From: an uncultured Candidatus Saccharibacteria bacterium
Lineage (GTDB): Bacteria; Patescibacteriota; Minisyncoccia; Portnoybacterales; UBA2143
Reading direction: 5' to 3'
Length of the DNA stretch: 64,000 nt
Assembly: GCA_964403725.1 (NCBI GenBank)
Contig: CAYOHI010000003.1
Coordinates: forward strand, 14,374 to 78,373
Part shown: piece by piece, positions 47,696 to 56,129 of the stretch
How the letters are laid out: each line of letters starts with the position of its first letter
How positions within the stretch are numbered: position 1 is the first letter of the stretch
Position numbers and translations under genes: made by a program
Notes under the pieces: generated by a model
Told to the model about the DNA's origin: nothing
The model's database searches: none
The model's input: the letters and a program-made list of their open reading frames with translations, nothing else

Positions 47696-48436
47696 CTATT
47701 TAATCATACCATCTTGCCTAATTTTTTCATAGATAATGATGGCTGCGCTAACCCCGACATTAAGAGAATCGATTTCCCTATTCATTGGAATAGATATTTT
47801 TTTATCACAGCGGCTTGATACTTTTTCTGAAACGCCTTCTCCTTCAGCGCCCAGAACAAAAGCAGTCGGACCCGTGAAATCTTCTTTGAAATATGAATTG
47901 CCGCCCATCTGGAGAGAAACAGTCCTAACTCCATATTTTTTTAATTCTTTTAGAGACTCAAAAATACTCATCTTAACCAAAGGGATTCTGGCAATAGCGC
48001 CCATTGAGAAATGAAGGGTTTCGTCATTTAAGAAACGGTCTTGTTCACCTTGAAAAATTAAACCGTTTATGCCAGCAGCAAAGGCAGTCCTGGCAATCAC
48101 ACCAACATTACTGGTATACCCCACTCTGTTTATTAAGAGAAAAAACGGATCTTCATTTTTCTTTTCAAGATTATTTAAAATTTCCTTAAGCGGAAAGATA
48201 TTCTTAGGAACCATGTATGCTACTAAGCCTTCTCTGGTATTCCCGCTTCTTCCTTTGGCCATTTTGCGACGAAGCATTTTTTCAACAGGAATATTTTGGC
48301 TATGAGCGATAGATAAGATATCTCTTATCTGATTATCTTTTCTCAAATCATCTGCCAGAGTAATCCTTTCAAAATGAGCTTTATCTTTTAGAAGTTCTAG
48401 TAAAGCATTTTTATTTCTAACTTTTATTGTTTTCAT
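47696..48436 (-). CDS. SpoU/TrmH-family RNA 2'-O-methyltransferase (RlmB-like)
   Basis: N-terminal L7Ae-like substrate-binding domain. C-terminal SPOUT motifs (LLINRVGYTSNVGVIARTA...ISIPMNREIDSLNVGVSAAIIIYE). Confidence 0.75.
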   Translation of the reverse strand: MKTIKVRNKNALLELLKDKAHFERITLADDLRKDNQIRDILSIAHSQNIPVEKMLRRKMAKGRSGNTREGLVAYMVPKNIFPLKEILNNLEKKNEDPFFLLINRVGYTSNVGVIARTAFAAGINGLIFQGEQDRFLNDETLHFSMGAIARIPLVKMSIFESLKELKKYGVRTVSLQMGGNSYFKEDFTGPTAFVLGAEGEGVSEKVSSRCDKKISIPMNREIDSLNVGVSAAIIIYEKIRQDGMIK

Positions 48437-48512
48437 ATATTTAATGTTATCATGAATGGGTTTGTTAGTCTATTTTGGATATGAAAAAACCGAAGGTTTA
48501 AATCAATAAGAT

Positions 48513-50675
48513 TCATTTTGTGAAATTCCTTATTCTTAAGCTATTGCCGATCACAGAAACGCTACTAAAGCTCATGGCAGCAGCTGCAATCATGGGACTA
48601 AGCAAACCAACAGCAGCTAGAGGAATAGCTATAATGTTATAGAAAAAAGCAAAAAATAGGTTTTGTTTGATTGTGGTAAAAGTTTTCTTAGATAAGTCAA
48701 TCGCTTGCACGATTTTTAAGGGATCCCCCTTCATCAAAACAATACTGCCAGCTTCAATAGCGATATCCGTACCACTGCCAACGGCCATGCCTAAATCAGC
48801 CTGAGCCAGAGCTGGCGCATCGTTTATTCCATCACCTACAAAGGCTACCGTCTTATTGCCTCGCTGTAGCTTTTTAATGGCATCTGCCTTCTGATCAGGC
48901 AATACACCAGCTACAATGTACTCAATTCCTAATTGCTCCCCAATGGCTTGGGCTGTCGTTTTATGATCTCCAGTAACCATATACACCGCAATTCCCTTTT
49001 GTCTCAATTGCGCTACAGCTTGAGCCGAGTTTCCACGCACAACGTCAGCCACACCGATAACCCCCTGAATTTGCTTGCCTCTGATAAAAAACATGGCTGT
49101 TTTGCCTTGGCTAGCATACTCATTAAATATACTTCTTTGAACTGAATTCAAATCAATGCCTTGGTCTTCAATTAACGCTCTATTACCTATCAAAATCTCC
49201 TCATTATTAATATATCCACTCAAACCTTTGCCAGATATAGCTTTGATATTTGTTGCATTTGTTAAGTTTAAATTATTGTCTTTGGCATATTTACTAAAAG
49301 CATTGGCTAATGAATGCTCGCTGTTCTTTTCTATAGAACAGGCCAATTCCATCATTTTCTTTTCAGATAAACTATCATTTAAGACCTGTATATCTGTAAT
49401 TTGAGGTTCGCCCTTAGTCAAAGTACCAGTCTTATCAAAAACTACTGTATCTATTTTATGAGCGGTTTCTAAGCTTTGAGATTCTTTAATCAATATCCCC
49501 TTTTCAGCGCCTTTGCCGCTGCTTACCATTATGGCTGTAGGCGTGGCAAGACCAAGAGCGCATGGACAAGCGATGACAAGCACTGCCACAGCGTTAACCA
49601 AGCTATTTTCAAATCCTCCGCTTCCAAATATTTGCCAAGCTAAAAATGTAGCTGTGGCAACAATCATAACAATGGGCACAAATATTCCAGCTACTTTGTC
49701 TGCTAATTTTTGGATAGGAGCCTTAGAACTTTGAGCGTCTTCTACTAATTTAATAATTTGGGCCAGTACTGTATCTTGGCCAATTTTAGTTACTTTGACT
49801 TTAATTGCGCCGTTATTGTTCATGGTTGCTCCATAAACAGTGTCACCCCGCCTTTTTTCTACAGGCATGCTTTCGCCCGTTAGCATAGATTCATCAATGG
49901 AAGTCTCACCTTCAATAATTCGGCCATCTAAAGGAATTTTTTCGCCAGGCTTAATCAATATGATGTCATCAATTTTTACCAAATCAATATCAATTTCTTG
50001 AATTTTGCCTTTTTTAATAACTCTAGCTTTTTTAGCAGCCAACGTTAGCAGCTTTTTAATAGCCATAGAAGCCCGGCCTTTGCTTTTTTCTTCCAAGTAT
50101 TTGCCAAGCAGTATTAAAGTAATTATGACTGCAGCTGTCTCATAATATATATGGGAGTTGTTAAGCATGGCGTATAAGCTATAGAAGTAAGCGGATAATG
50201 TGCCAATAGAAATTAAGGTATCCATATTGGCTTTAAATCTTTTAAGCTGCTTGAGCATACCAGAGTGAAATTGCCAGCCGATAATAAATACCACAATGAA
50301 GGTCAAATTATGCAAAATCCAATTTTTTACACTAACTCCTAAGAATTGCCTGGGCAGATCATATGAAATGAACATTGATGAAAAAACGGGAATTGTAATT
50401 ATTAACGCCCAGATAAATTTACGGAATGATTTATTGACCGTATCGTCTCCTTGTTCATCATTTGCCTTAACAATTTGATAATCTCCAGCTTTTGAAATTG
50501 CCTTTTGAATCTTGTCTTGGCTAGTTAGATTTTCATCAAATTCTAAATAGGCCTTACCTAAACCATAATTAACATTGGCGCTTTTCACGCCTTTTTCCTT
50601 TTTCAGGGCTTTTTCAATATTAATTGCACAAGCTGCACAGTGCATTCCCTTAATTTTAAAGTCTTTTTTTATCAT
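48513..50675 (-). CDS. copA: copper-translocating P1B-type ATPase
   Basis: N-terminal HMA domain [15 protein letters not shown]. Also CPC ([11 protein letters not shown]), DKTGTLT, HP and [10 protein letters not shown] motifs. Confidence 0.92.
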   Translation of the reverse strand: MIKKDFKIKGMHCAACAINIEKALKKEKGVKSANVNYGLGKAYLEFDENLTSQDKIQKAISKAGDYQIVKANDEQGDDTVNKSFRKFIWALIITIPVFSSMFISYDLPRQFLGVSVKNWILHNLTFIVVFIIGWQFHSGMLKQLKRFKANMDTLISIGTLSAYFYSLYAMLNNSHIYYETAAVIITLILLGKYLEEKSKGRASMAIKKLLTLAAKKARVIKKGKIQEIDIDLVKIDDIILIKPGEKIPLDGRIIEGETSIDESMLTGESMPVEKRRGDTVYGATMNNNGAIKVKVTKIGQDTVLAQIIKLVEDAQSSKAPIQKLADKVAGIFVPIVMIVATATFLAWQIFGSGGFENSLVNAVAVLVIACPCALGLATPTAIMVSSGKGAEKGILIKESQSLETAHKIDTVVFDKTGTLTKGEPQITDIQVLNDSLSEKKMMELACSIEKNSEHSLANAFSKYAKDNNLNLTNATNIKAISGKGLSGYINNEEILIGNRALIEDQGIDLNSVQRSIFNEYASQGKTAMFFIRGKQIQGVIGVADVVRGNSAQAVAQLRQKGIAVYMVTGDHKTTAQAIGEQLGIEYIVAGVLPDQKADAIKKLQRGNKTVAFVGDGINDAPALAQADLGMAVGSGTDIAIEAGSIVLMKGDPLKIVQAIDLSKKTFTTIKQNLFFAFFYNIIAIPLAAVGLLSPMIAAAAMSFSSVSVIGNSLRIRNFTK

Positions 50676-50678
50676 ATA

Positions 50679-52094
50679 TTAATTGCTACATTCATTAATA
50701 ACACAATATTGAACTTCAGGCGGATCAGCTGATTCTCGGTTAATTGATCCATCTTCCGATTCTATAACAAACTTGCCCCAAACCATTTGCATCCAGCAAG
50801 AAAATTTAATTTCTCCAGTTCCTTTTGGTAAAAACTCAATAATATTTTCTCCTTTTGTTAATTCCTGTCTAATATCGTAGTCACTTAATAATATTTCATC
50901 TGTGCACCCTGTCATTTGCTTAACATTAATAATCCAACGCACAGGGATGCCTTGTCTAATGTGCAATACATTTGGGCTGTATCCTTTATATGAAAGCTCC
51001 ATATTTATTACCTGATACTCCATATCATCAGAAATCATATATTCTGACTGGCCAATCTGATCAGAGGCTGATATGCCCCGAAATCCATAACCAAAATTAA
51101 TTAATCCTCGATTAAACATGAATAAACCCAAGACTATTACTATAATGCCAGAAACTTTCATTATCTGCTTAATTCTGTGTTGGCTAATTAATGTTACAAA
51201 ACTTCCAAAACCAAACATTAATGGAACAGTTCCTAGGCCATAAATTCCCATAGACAAAGCACCGCTAATAATACTGCCTGAAGCAAGAGCGTATAGCTGC
51301 ATAGCTTGTAAAGGACCACATGGCATAAATCCATTTAAAAGTCCTATAACAAATGGTCCTTTGGGACTCTTGCTGTAACGCTGATTGTAAAGATAACGAG
51401 CAATAAAGGACGGCGTTCTTAATTTAATAATTTCCAACCATTTAAAATTAGTTACCAATGATAATCCTAGTAAAGCCATAAAAATGCCAGCTCCTATGGT
51501 AACTATGCCAGTAAATATGGAGTTAATTGCAAAAAAAGAGCCAAAACCACCTAAGATAGCGCCAATAACTGCATATGAAATTATTCTACCCAGATTATAT
51601 TGCCAGTGCCTAATATATTTACCATGGCATTTAGAGCTTTGGTTAACGCTATAGGCAACAACCAATCCTCCACACATACCAATACAATGAAATCCTGCTA
51701 ACAGGCCAATAACCAAGATTAACCAATAACTGATTTTCTGTTCATCTAATATTGAAAATATCTCAAGCAAACCATAATCACGAATTAACTGATAAGCAAT
51801 GATAAATAGGAAGATTAGGATCAAGCTAATTAGAATATTTCTGAATAAATGACCTGGTTTTCTCTTTTTTTGATTCGGCAAATCATGTTCCATTTCATAG
51901 CCAAGCTCTTTAACTCTTTTGGCAATATTTTTTTGACTAATCTTATCATCATCATACTCAATTTGAGCCTGTCCAGTTTGATGATTTACTTTAATGTGAT
52001 TGACGCCTTTAAGCGCGTCCAGTTCTGATTCCAAAAGTATTTTACAGCTTTTACAATAGATGCCTTGGATATGTCCTTTGATTTTTTTAAGCAT
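50679..52094 (-). CDS. three-module metal-handling membrane protein: HMA-like domain, polytopic membrane domain, and C-terminal Cys/Met-containing extracytoplasmic domain
   Basis: N-terminus IYCKSCKILLESELDAL resembles an HMA domain with CxxC. The membrane core carries GFHCIGMCGG. The C-terminal roughly 110 aa contain GCTDE and SCWMQM (Cys/Met, cupredoxin-like?). Confidence 0.5.
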   Translation of the reverse strand: MLKKIKGHIQGIYCKSCKILLESELDALKGVNHIKVNHQTGQAQIEYDDDKISQKNIAKRVKELGYEMEHDLPNQKKRKPGHLFRNILISLILIFLFIIAYQLIRDYGLLEIFSILDEQKISYWLILVIGLLAGFHCIGMCGGLVVAYSVNQSSKCHGKYIRHWQYNLGRIISYAVIGAILGGFGSFFAINSIFTGIVTIGAGIFMALLGLSLVTNFKWLEIIKLRTPSFIARYLYNQRYSKSPKGPFVIGLLNGFMPCGPLQAMQLYALASGSIISGALSMGIYGLGTVPLMFGFGSFVTLISQHRIKQIMKVSGIIVIVLGLFMFNRGLINFGYGFRGISASDQIGQSEYMISDDMEYQVINMELSYKGYSPNVLHIRQGIPVRWIINVKQMTGCTDEILLSDYDIRQELTKGENIIEFLPKGTGEIKFSCWMQMVWGKFVIESEDGSINRESADPPEVQYCVINECSN

Positions 52095-52096
52095 AA

Positions 52097-52417
52097 TTAA
52101 TTTAAATCCTTTTTCTTTTCTTCAAATTCTTTCTTATCTATCTCGCCCCTAACATAGCGCTTTTTTAAAATATCCAAAGCACTATTATTAACTTCTTCAT
52201 TCTTCGGGCCCACGGCCCATCTAATAATTAGAACCACTCCAATAATCAGCAAAGGCCAGAACAATATTGATGAAACGAATCCATGGCTTCCCATAAGAAA
52301 ATCCCCCATCATAGAATCCATGGCAAAATGATTGTTATTAGAATCACCGTGGGCCAATAATACTGACGGCAGGATCAAAAGAAAACCCAGAACTATGATT
52401 GATATTGTTATTTTCAT
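52097..52417 (-). CDS. small membrane protein with Met/His-rich segment and SHOCT-like C-terminus
   Basis: HFAMDSMMGDFLMGSHG, then a TM helix, then ALDILKKRYVRGEIDKKEFEEKKKDL (SHOCT-like). Confidence 0.45.
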   Translation of the reverse strand: MKITISIIVLGFLLILPSVLLAHGDSNNNHFAMDSMMGDFLMGSHGFVSSILFWPLLIIGVVLIIRWAVGPKNEEVNNSALDILKKRYVRGEIDKKEFEEKKKDLN

Positions 52418-52422
52418 ATTTA

Positions 52423-52947
52423 CTAAAACAAGTCAGCTACCTGTTCAAGTTCTGACTCATTTATTATTATCTTTCCATTATCGACTTTCAAATTAGGGTT
52501 AATTGGCCCTGGATTGCAGCCGCCTTTTTCTGTGGCAATTTTTTCTAGTGGATATTTATTGCCACAAGTGGCACAAACCATGAAATTACCCTCTTGAGTA
52601 AAGCCCATTCTGGCACCATAGCAAACCTGACAAGCATTAGCCGCAGCCCGATAAACACCAGACCGATCTTTAACAACAAAGTAATAAATAGTCTTACCTG
52701 AAGACAGCTTAGTGTTATAGTATTGGACTATATTATCATCTAACTTGTCTGCAGATAGAACGACCTGGCCATTAGTCAACTCCACACTTTGTCCATTTTT
52801 ACCAGTAAATTCAACTTCACTAACTTGATCTTGTCTTTGGCCATTTGGTTCAGCTAACTTGCTATTACCGGTATTTTTTAACAAGATATAGCCGCCAGCC
52901 AAGATAATAATGCCAATTAGGATATAATTTACAGTTTTGCTATTCAT
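52423..52947 (-). CDS. membrane-anchored zinc-ribbon protein (DUF2318-like)
   Basis: N-terminal TM helix. ACQVCYGARMGF...CATCGNKY (CxxC...CxxC). Confidence 0.45.
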   Translation of the reverse strand: MNSKTVNYILIGIIILAGGYILLKNTGNSKLAEPNGQRQDQVSEVEFTGKNGQSVELTNGQVVLSADKLDDNIVQYYNTKLSSGKTIYYFVVKDRSGVYRAAANACQVCYGARMGFTQEGNFMVCATCGNKYPLEKIATEKGGCNPGPINPNLKVDNGKIIINESELEQVADLF

Positions 52948-52956
52948 AGATTTCTA

Positions 52957-53229
52957 TTATTTATTTGCTAATTTGGTTACTTTTAAGATTTCTTGTATCA
53001 TCTCCTGCTTCCTTTTCTCGTTATTGGTTGACATTGCTTTCCTAAAACAATGATTGAGATGATTTTCCATTAACATTTGATGCGCTGACTTTAATAGCCC
53101 AATAGCAGCTAAGTTTTGCTGCATAATATCTATACAATACTCATTGTCATCTGACATTCTAATTAGTTTAGCTAGAAGACTCTGAGCTTTTTTAAAGTTT
53201 ATTGATGTTTTTTGTTTGTACTTTTCCAT
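52957..53229 (-). CDS. csoR: CsoR/RcnR-family metal-sensing repressor
   Basis: 90 aa helical protein with the C-H-C ligand pattern (YCIDIMQQ...SAHQ...NHCF) at CsoR spacing. First gene of the copper operon. Confidence 0.7.
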   Translation of the reverse strand: MEKYKQKTSINFKKAQSLLAKLIRMSDDNEYCIDIMQQNLAAIGLLKSAHQMLMENHLNHCFRKAMSTNNEKRKQEMIQEILKVTKLANK

Positions 53230-53250
53230 AATTGTTTAAAGTTTATTTAT

Positions 53251-53278
53251 TATACCCTGACCATAGGTATAGGTATAT
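53251..53278 (-). promoter_or_regulatory. candidate CsoR operator
   Basis: TATACCCTGACCATAGGTATAGGTATAT, with ATACC...GGTAT inverted symmetry, 22 nt upstream of the csoR start. Confidence 0.3.
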
Positions 53279-53332
53279 ACACTTTATCTCTTATAGAAAT
53301 TCTTGTCAAGCTCCCATCTCTTCTAAATAAAA

Positions 53333-53360
53333 AAACCGCCTAATACAGCGGTTTTTCTAT
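53333..53360 (-). terminator. terminator downstream of tRNA-Trp
   Basis: ACCGC-TGTATTAG-GCGGT hairpin on the minus strand, followed by UUUUUUU. Confidence 0.5.
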
Positions 53361-53372
53361 AAACATACTATA

Positions 53373-53447
53373 TGGCAGGCGCGGAGGGACTCGAACCCCC
53401 AGGATCGGTTTTGGAGACCGACCGTTTACCAGTTAACGGACGCGCCC
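53373..53447 (-). tRNA. tRNA-Trp (anticodon CCA), with the 3' CCA encoded
   Basis: The complement reads GGGCGCG...TCGGT-CTCCAAA-ACCGA...GGTTCGAGTCC...CGCGCCT-G-CCA. The anticodon loop is CU-CCA-AA. Confidence 0.8.
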
Positions 53448-53450
53448 ATA

Positions 53451-53795
53451 TTACTCATTCCAGTCTCTTCTTGTAACTTTACCGTAATTTTTTAAAGCAA
53501 ATCCTTTGGGATGTCTTTTATTCAGTTTTTTTATATTCTCATCCATCACTTCCTGTAAATCCCATCCATAAGAATTGCAAATCATTGCCATATACCATAA
53601 GGTATCACCTAGGTTTTCCCGGGTACCTTTTCTTTCATCGCTTCCCCTACCATGGCCATGGGTCTTTTTGATGCATCCGGCAACATCGCCAGCTTCTCCA
53701 GCAATGCCTAATCCCCAGATGAGAATCTCCTTTTCTTTGTCCTTGTACTTCTTAGCAGTTCTTTTACAAAGTTTTTGGTATTCTCTTAAATCCAT
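53451..53795 (-). CDS. MazG-like nucleoside triphosphate pyrophosphohydrolase (small all-alpha NTP-PPase)
   Basis: LGIAGEAGDVAGCIKK...ENLGDTLWYMAMICNSYGWDL matches the MazG EExxE/D...LGD.LWY pattern. Confidence 0.65.
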   Translation of the reverse strand: MDLREYQKLCKRTAKKYKDKEKEILIWGLGIAGEAGDVAGCIKKTHGHGRGSDERKGTRENLGDTLWYMAMICNSYGWDLQEVMDENIKKLNKRHPKGFALKNYGKVTRRDWNE

Positions 53796-53796
53796 A

Positions 53797-53955
53797 TTAC
53801 TTCTTCATTTCTTTATGAGGAGTATGTTTTTTGCACCATTTGCAAAACTTCTTCAGTTCTAATTTATCCTGAGTTGTTTTTTTGTTTTTACGAGACCAAT
53901 AATTGATTCTCTTGCATTCAGTGCATTGAAATTTTACTAAAAAATCTTGTGACAT
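53797..53955 (-). CDS. rpmG: 50S ribosomal protein L33 (52 aa, below the ORF-track size cutoff)
   Basis: The minus-strand translation MSQDFLVKFQCTECKRINYWSRKNKKTTQDKLELKKFCKWCKKHTPHKEMKK has the bL33 CxxC...CxxC zinc ribbon and NY..RKN/LELKK blocks. Confidence 0.85.
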   Translation of the reverse strand: MSQDFLVKFQCTECKRINYWSRKNKKTTQDKLELKKFCKWCKKHTPHKEMKK

Positions 53956-53979
53956 ATTTTTATCTTTCTTTTTACCTCC

Positions 53980-54261
53980 TGGAGCCGATGGTGAGAGTCG
54001 AACTCACGACCTACTCCTTCTCTTGCACCTCTATTTATTTAAATACATATTAGAGGAATAGACTGTATCTTAGACATATCTTTTTTAAGACTTAGTCTCC
54101 CTTGTCAGTCGTTCGAGCGCTTCAAATTGATTGGCGCTACGGTCTGAACCTTGTATCAGGCCTTTAACCGTAATTCGGGATTCAATTAGATGTTTCTATC
54201 TAAATGGGCAGAGATCGAGGAGATCTACCATGGAGGTGCTCTACCACTGAGCTACATCGGC
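53980..54261 (-). tRNA. tRNA-Thr (anticodon GGU), interrupted in the anticodon loop by a roughly 207-nt intron, with the 3' CCA encoded
   Basis: Exon 1 (54261 down to 54227) reads GCCGATG-TA-GCTC-AGTGGTA-GAGC-A-CCTCC-ATGGT. Exon 2 (54019 down to 53980) reads AA-GGAGT-AGGTC-GTGAG-TTCGACT-CTCAC-CATCGGC-T-CCA. Joined, they form a complete cloverleaf with a perfect 7-bp acceptor stem. This closely resembles bacterial tRNA-Thr(GGU). Confidence 0.7.
54020..54226 (-). mobile_element. putative group I self-splicing intron in the tRNA-Thr anticodon loop (boundaries ±2 nt)
   Basis: It follows U36 of the tRNA and ends in G. Internal elements resemble group I cores: UACGG...CCGUA (P4-like), GAGACUA...AGUCU (P7 with G-site-like GACUA), UCUUA...UAAGA (P8-like), and CCUCUA...UAGAGG (P9-like). 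Size is comparable to the smallest known tRNA group I introns. Confidence 0.55.
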
Positions 54262-54845
54262 TTATATATTGTTAACATTTCGTTTATTATATCTCTTAAC
54301 TTCTTATTACTATAATAAACAGTTAAAACACCATATTTTGATTTCTTTTTATAACTTCCTAAACCACGAGAAGGCGTCACTATTACTTTTTGGAATTGAT
54401 CTGATTTAACATTCAATCTATTTTTCCAAAATTTCAGCGCTTTATTCGGGTCTGTATCGCTAAAAATCTGTAATCCAAATCTTAATTTGCTAATTTGAAT
54501 ATTGCATATTTTCACAAGAAATTCAATAAATTTATTTATCAAGTCGGGATCACTATTACCAAGTCTAATTGAATCCTTATTTCTTTTTGTACCTTCACCC
54601 CAATAAAGACCCAATCCTAAACCCTTCAATTCTTTCTCTTGTGAAGTTAATCTATTTTTAATCTTAAACGGATCACCTTTTGGATTTCTTTTTATATAAG
54701 TAGCTTCACTTCTTGATCTCCTAGGAATACTGTATCTTCGCATCCAATAAGCAATCTTTGAATGACTTAAACCAGTCTTATCTGATATTTCTTTCATTGA
54801 TAAGCCATTACTATATAAATCTTCTAATTTTTCTTTATTTACCAT
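54252..54845 (-). CDS. free-standing LAGLIDADG-family homing endonuclease-like protein with N-terminal HTH
   Basis: LKGLGLGLYWGEGTK is a LAGLIDADG-type motif (single copy, so homodimer class). N-terminal HTH (LSMKEISDKTGLSHSKIAYWMRRY). The stop codon overlaps the first nucleotides of the intron-containing tRNA-Thr. Confidence 0.6.
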   Translation of the reverse strand: MVNKEKLEDLYSNGLSMKEISDKTGLSHSKIAYWMRRYSIPRRSRSEATYIKRNPKGDPFKIKNRLTSQEKELKGLGLGLYWGEGTKRNKDSIRLGNSDPDLINKFIEFLVKICNIQISKLRFGLQIFSDTDPNKALKFWKNRLNVKSDQFQKVIVTPSRGLGSYKKKSKYGVLTVYYSNKKLRDIINEMLTIYKPM

Positions 54846-55167
54846 CCCTCAATGATTTCTTTTTTGTTTTCTTCTTAATAAAGCTCTTACCTACCATAAC
54901 TGATACTATTACAGAAAGCAAGGTTATGGCTAAGGAATAGAATATCTTATCAGATAAGAGATCTAAATCACCAAATAGTCTGATATATATTTCCTTTAAG
55001 GTGCTGTCCCAAGCTAGAGCTGTGACAATACCTAAAGAAGCAATAATCAGAGTGACTACTCTTCTTCTGAATTCATCTTCAACCTTATCAATCCTATAAT
55101 CCTTAAGGAATTCTTTAATATCCTTAACGCTGATTCTTAAATCTTTAATATTCTTTAAATTTTTCAT
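54835..55167 (-). CDS. small two-TM hypothetical protein
   Basis: The start was set at the ATG at 55165-55167 (MKNLKNIKDL...). The longer ORF-track N-terminus is a translation of tRNA-Tyr. Two hydrophobic helices. Confidence 0.35.
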   Translation of the reverse strand: MKNLKNIKDLRISVKDIKEFLKDYRIDKVEDEFRRRVVTLIIASLGIVTALAWDSTLKEIYIRLFGDLDLLSDKIFYSLAITLLSVIVSVMVGKSFIKKKTKKKSLRDGK

Positions 55168-55171
55168 AATG

Positions 55172-55253
55172 TGGGCGGTGAGGGACTCGAACCCCCGTAG
55201 TCCGAAGACGTCAGGTTTACAGCCTGATGCAATTGCCGCTATGCGAACCGCCC
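55172..55253 (-). tRNA. tRNA-Tyr (anticodon GUA), type II with long variable arm
   Basis: The complement reads GGGCGGT...TCAGG-CTGTAAA-CCTGA-CGTCTTCGGACTACG-GGGGG-TTCGAGT-CCCTC-ACCGCCC-A. Confidence 0.8.
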
Positions 55254-55259
55254 ATAGAA

Positions 55260-56045
55260 TCAAGAATTCTTATATTCCCAATTACTGATTAAACTAGCAT
55301 ATTTCTCTTCTAATTTCAAATAATCTTCTTTTAAGATTAACAAAAGATCTAAATCAGGATACTTTTTCCTAAATTCCCTATCTCTTCTTTTTGAATAATC
55401 ATTGAGGAAATTTTTAACTTCTACATAGAAATCATATTCTGGTAAATAAAAGTCTGGAGTATAGTTTTGAAAACCTAAGTCAAAAACCTTCGGCTGGTGT
55501 ATCCATTTAATTTTTAAAAAATCACATAATCGCGCTATATTTGCTTCCCATCTGCTATAAAAATATGTACTTTTATCTATGTCATTTCTAATACCAGCTT
55601 TACCTCTTGCTGCTTTTGGAGATGTAGGATTACCTCCAATTGTTTTCATAGCACAATCAACACTACAATATTTCCTATTCATCCAACGCTTCTCTAAAAA
55701 AGATTTCCCGCAATTAACACAAATTATTTCCTCTTTTGGTATTTTTTCAATCCCTTTATACGGATTTTCTCTTCCTTTTAGAGATTTTGATATTTTTAAC
55801 TTCGTTTCTTTTGATCTAGATCCTCTGTTTTTATTACTAACCTTTGCAGCACAACTATGACAACAATAAACCTTAGGATCACTAGGCTTTATTTCAAAAG
55901 AATTACTACAACCCTTTCTTTTACAAATTCTTTTCTCTTTCTTCAAATGAAAATTAAATATGCCTTTCTCCCAATTCTTTTTCATTAAAGAACTCTGTTT
56001 TTCTCTATACTCTTTTGACTTATAAAAGCTATAAGGCATAGTCAA
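55260..56045 (-). CDS. homing-endonuclease-like protein: NUMOD3 motifs, two Cys4-type zinc-finger candidates, and a C-terminal PD-(D/E)xK-like nuclease motif
   Basis: SKETKLKISKSLKGRENPYKG and SKEYREKQSSLMKKNWEKG are NUMOD3-like. CKRKGC...CCHSC and CVNCG...CSVDC are Cys pairs. C-terminal YTPDFYLPEYDFYVEVK fits PD...(D/E)xK. The gene is wedged between two tRNAs with gaps of 7 nt or less. Confidence 0.5.
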   Translation of the reverse strand: MTMPYSFYKSKEYREKQSSLMKKNWEKGIFNFHLKKEKRICKRKGCSNSFEIKPSDPKVYCCHSCAAKVSNKNRGSRSKETKLKISKSLKGRENPYKGIEKIPKEEIICVNCGKSFLEKRWMNRKYCSVDCAMKTIGGNPTSPKAARGKAGIRNDIDKSTYFYSRWEANIARLCDFLKIKWIHQPKVFDLGFQNYTPDFYLPEYDFYVEVKNFLNDYSKRRDREFRKKYPDLDLLLILKEDYLKLEEKYASLISNWEYKNS

Positions 56046-56052
56046 CTTCTAG

Positions 56053-56126
56053 AGCCGAGGAGAGGATTCGAACCCCCAAAACCTTCGCTTTACAAAAGCG
56101 CTGCTCTACCGTTGAGCTACCTCGGC
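56053..56126 (-). tRNA. tRNA-Thr (anticodon UGU)
   Basis: The complement reads GCCGAGG-TA-GCTC-AACGGTA-GAGC-A-GCGCT-TTTGTAA-AGCGA-...-TTCGAAT-CCTCT-CCTCGGC-T. The anticodon loop is UU-UGU-AA. The variable/T-stem region is slightly atypical. Confidence 0.7.
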
Positions 56127-56129
56127 TAA

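Noticed and set aside
54262-55171. Possibility that the LAGLIDADG gene resides inside an intron of a split tRNA-Gly, which is missing from the canonical Tyr-Gly-Thr cluster
   Set aside because: I could not find tRNA-Gly half-molecules (acceptor/T-arm sequences) flanking the ORFs. The LAGLIDADG stop abuts tRNA-Thr directly. Left as free-standing.
54835-55263. 142-aa ORF as given in the ORF track
   Set aside because: Its first 32 codons are a translation of tRNA-Tyr (55172-55253). The CDS was trimmed to the ATG at 55167.
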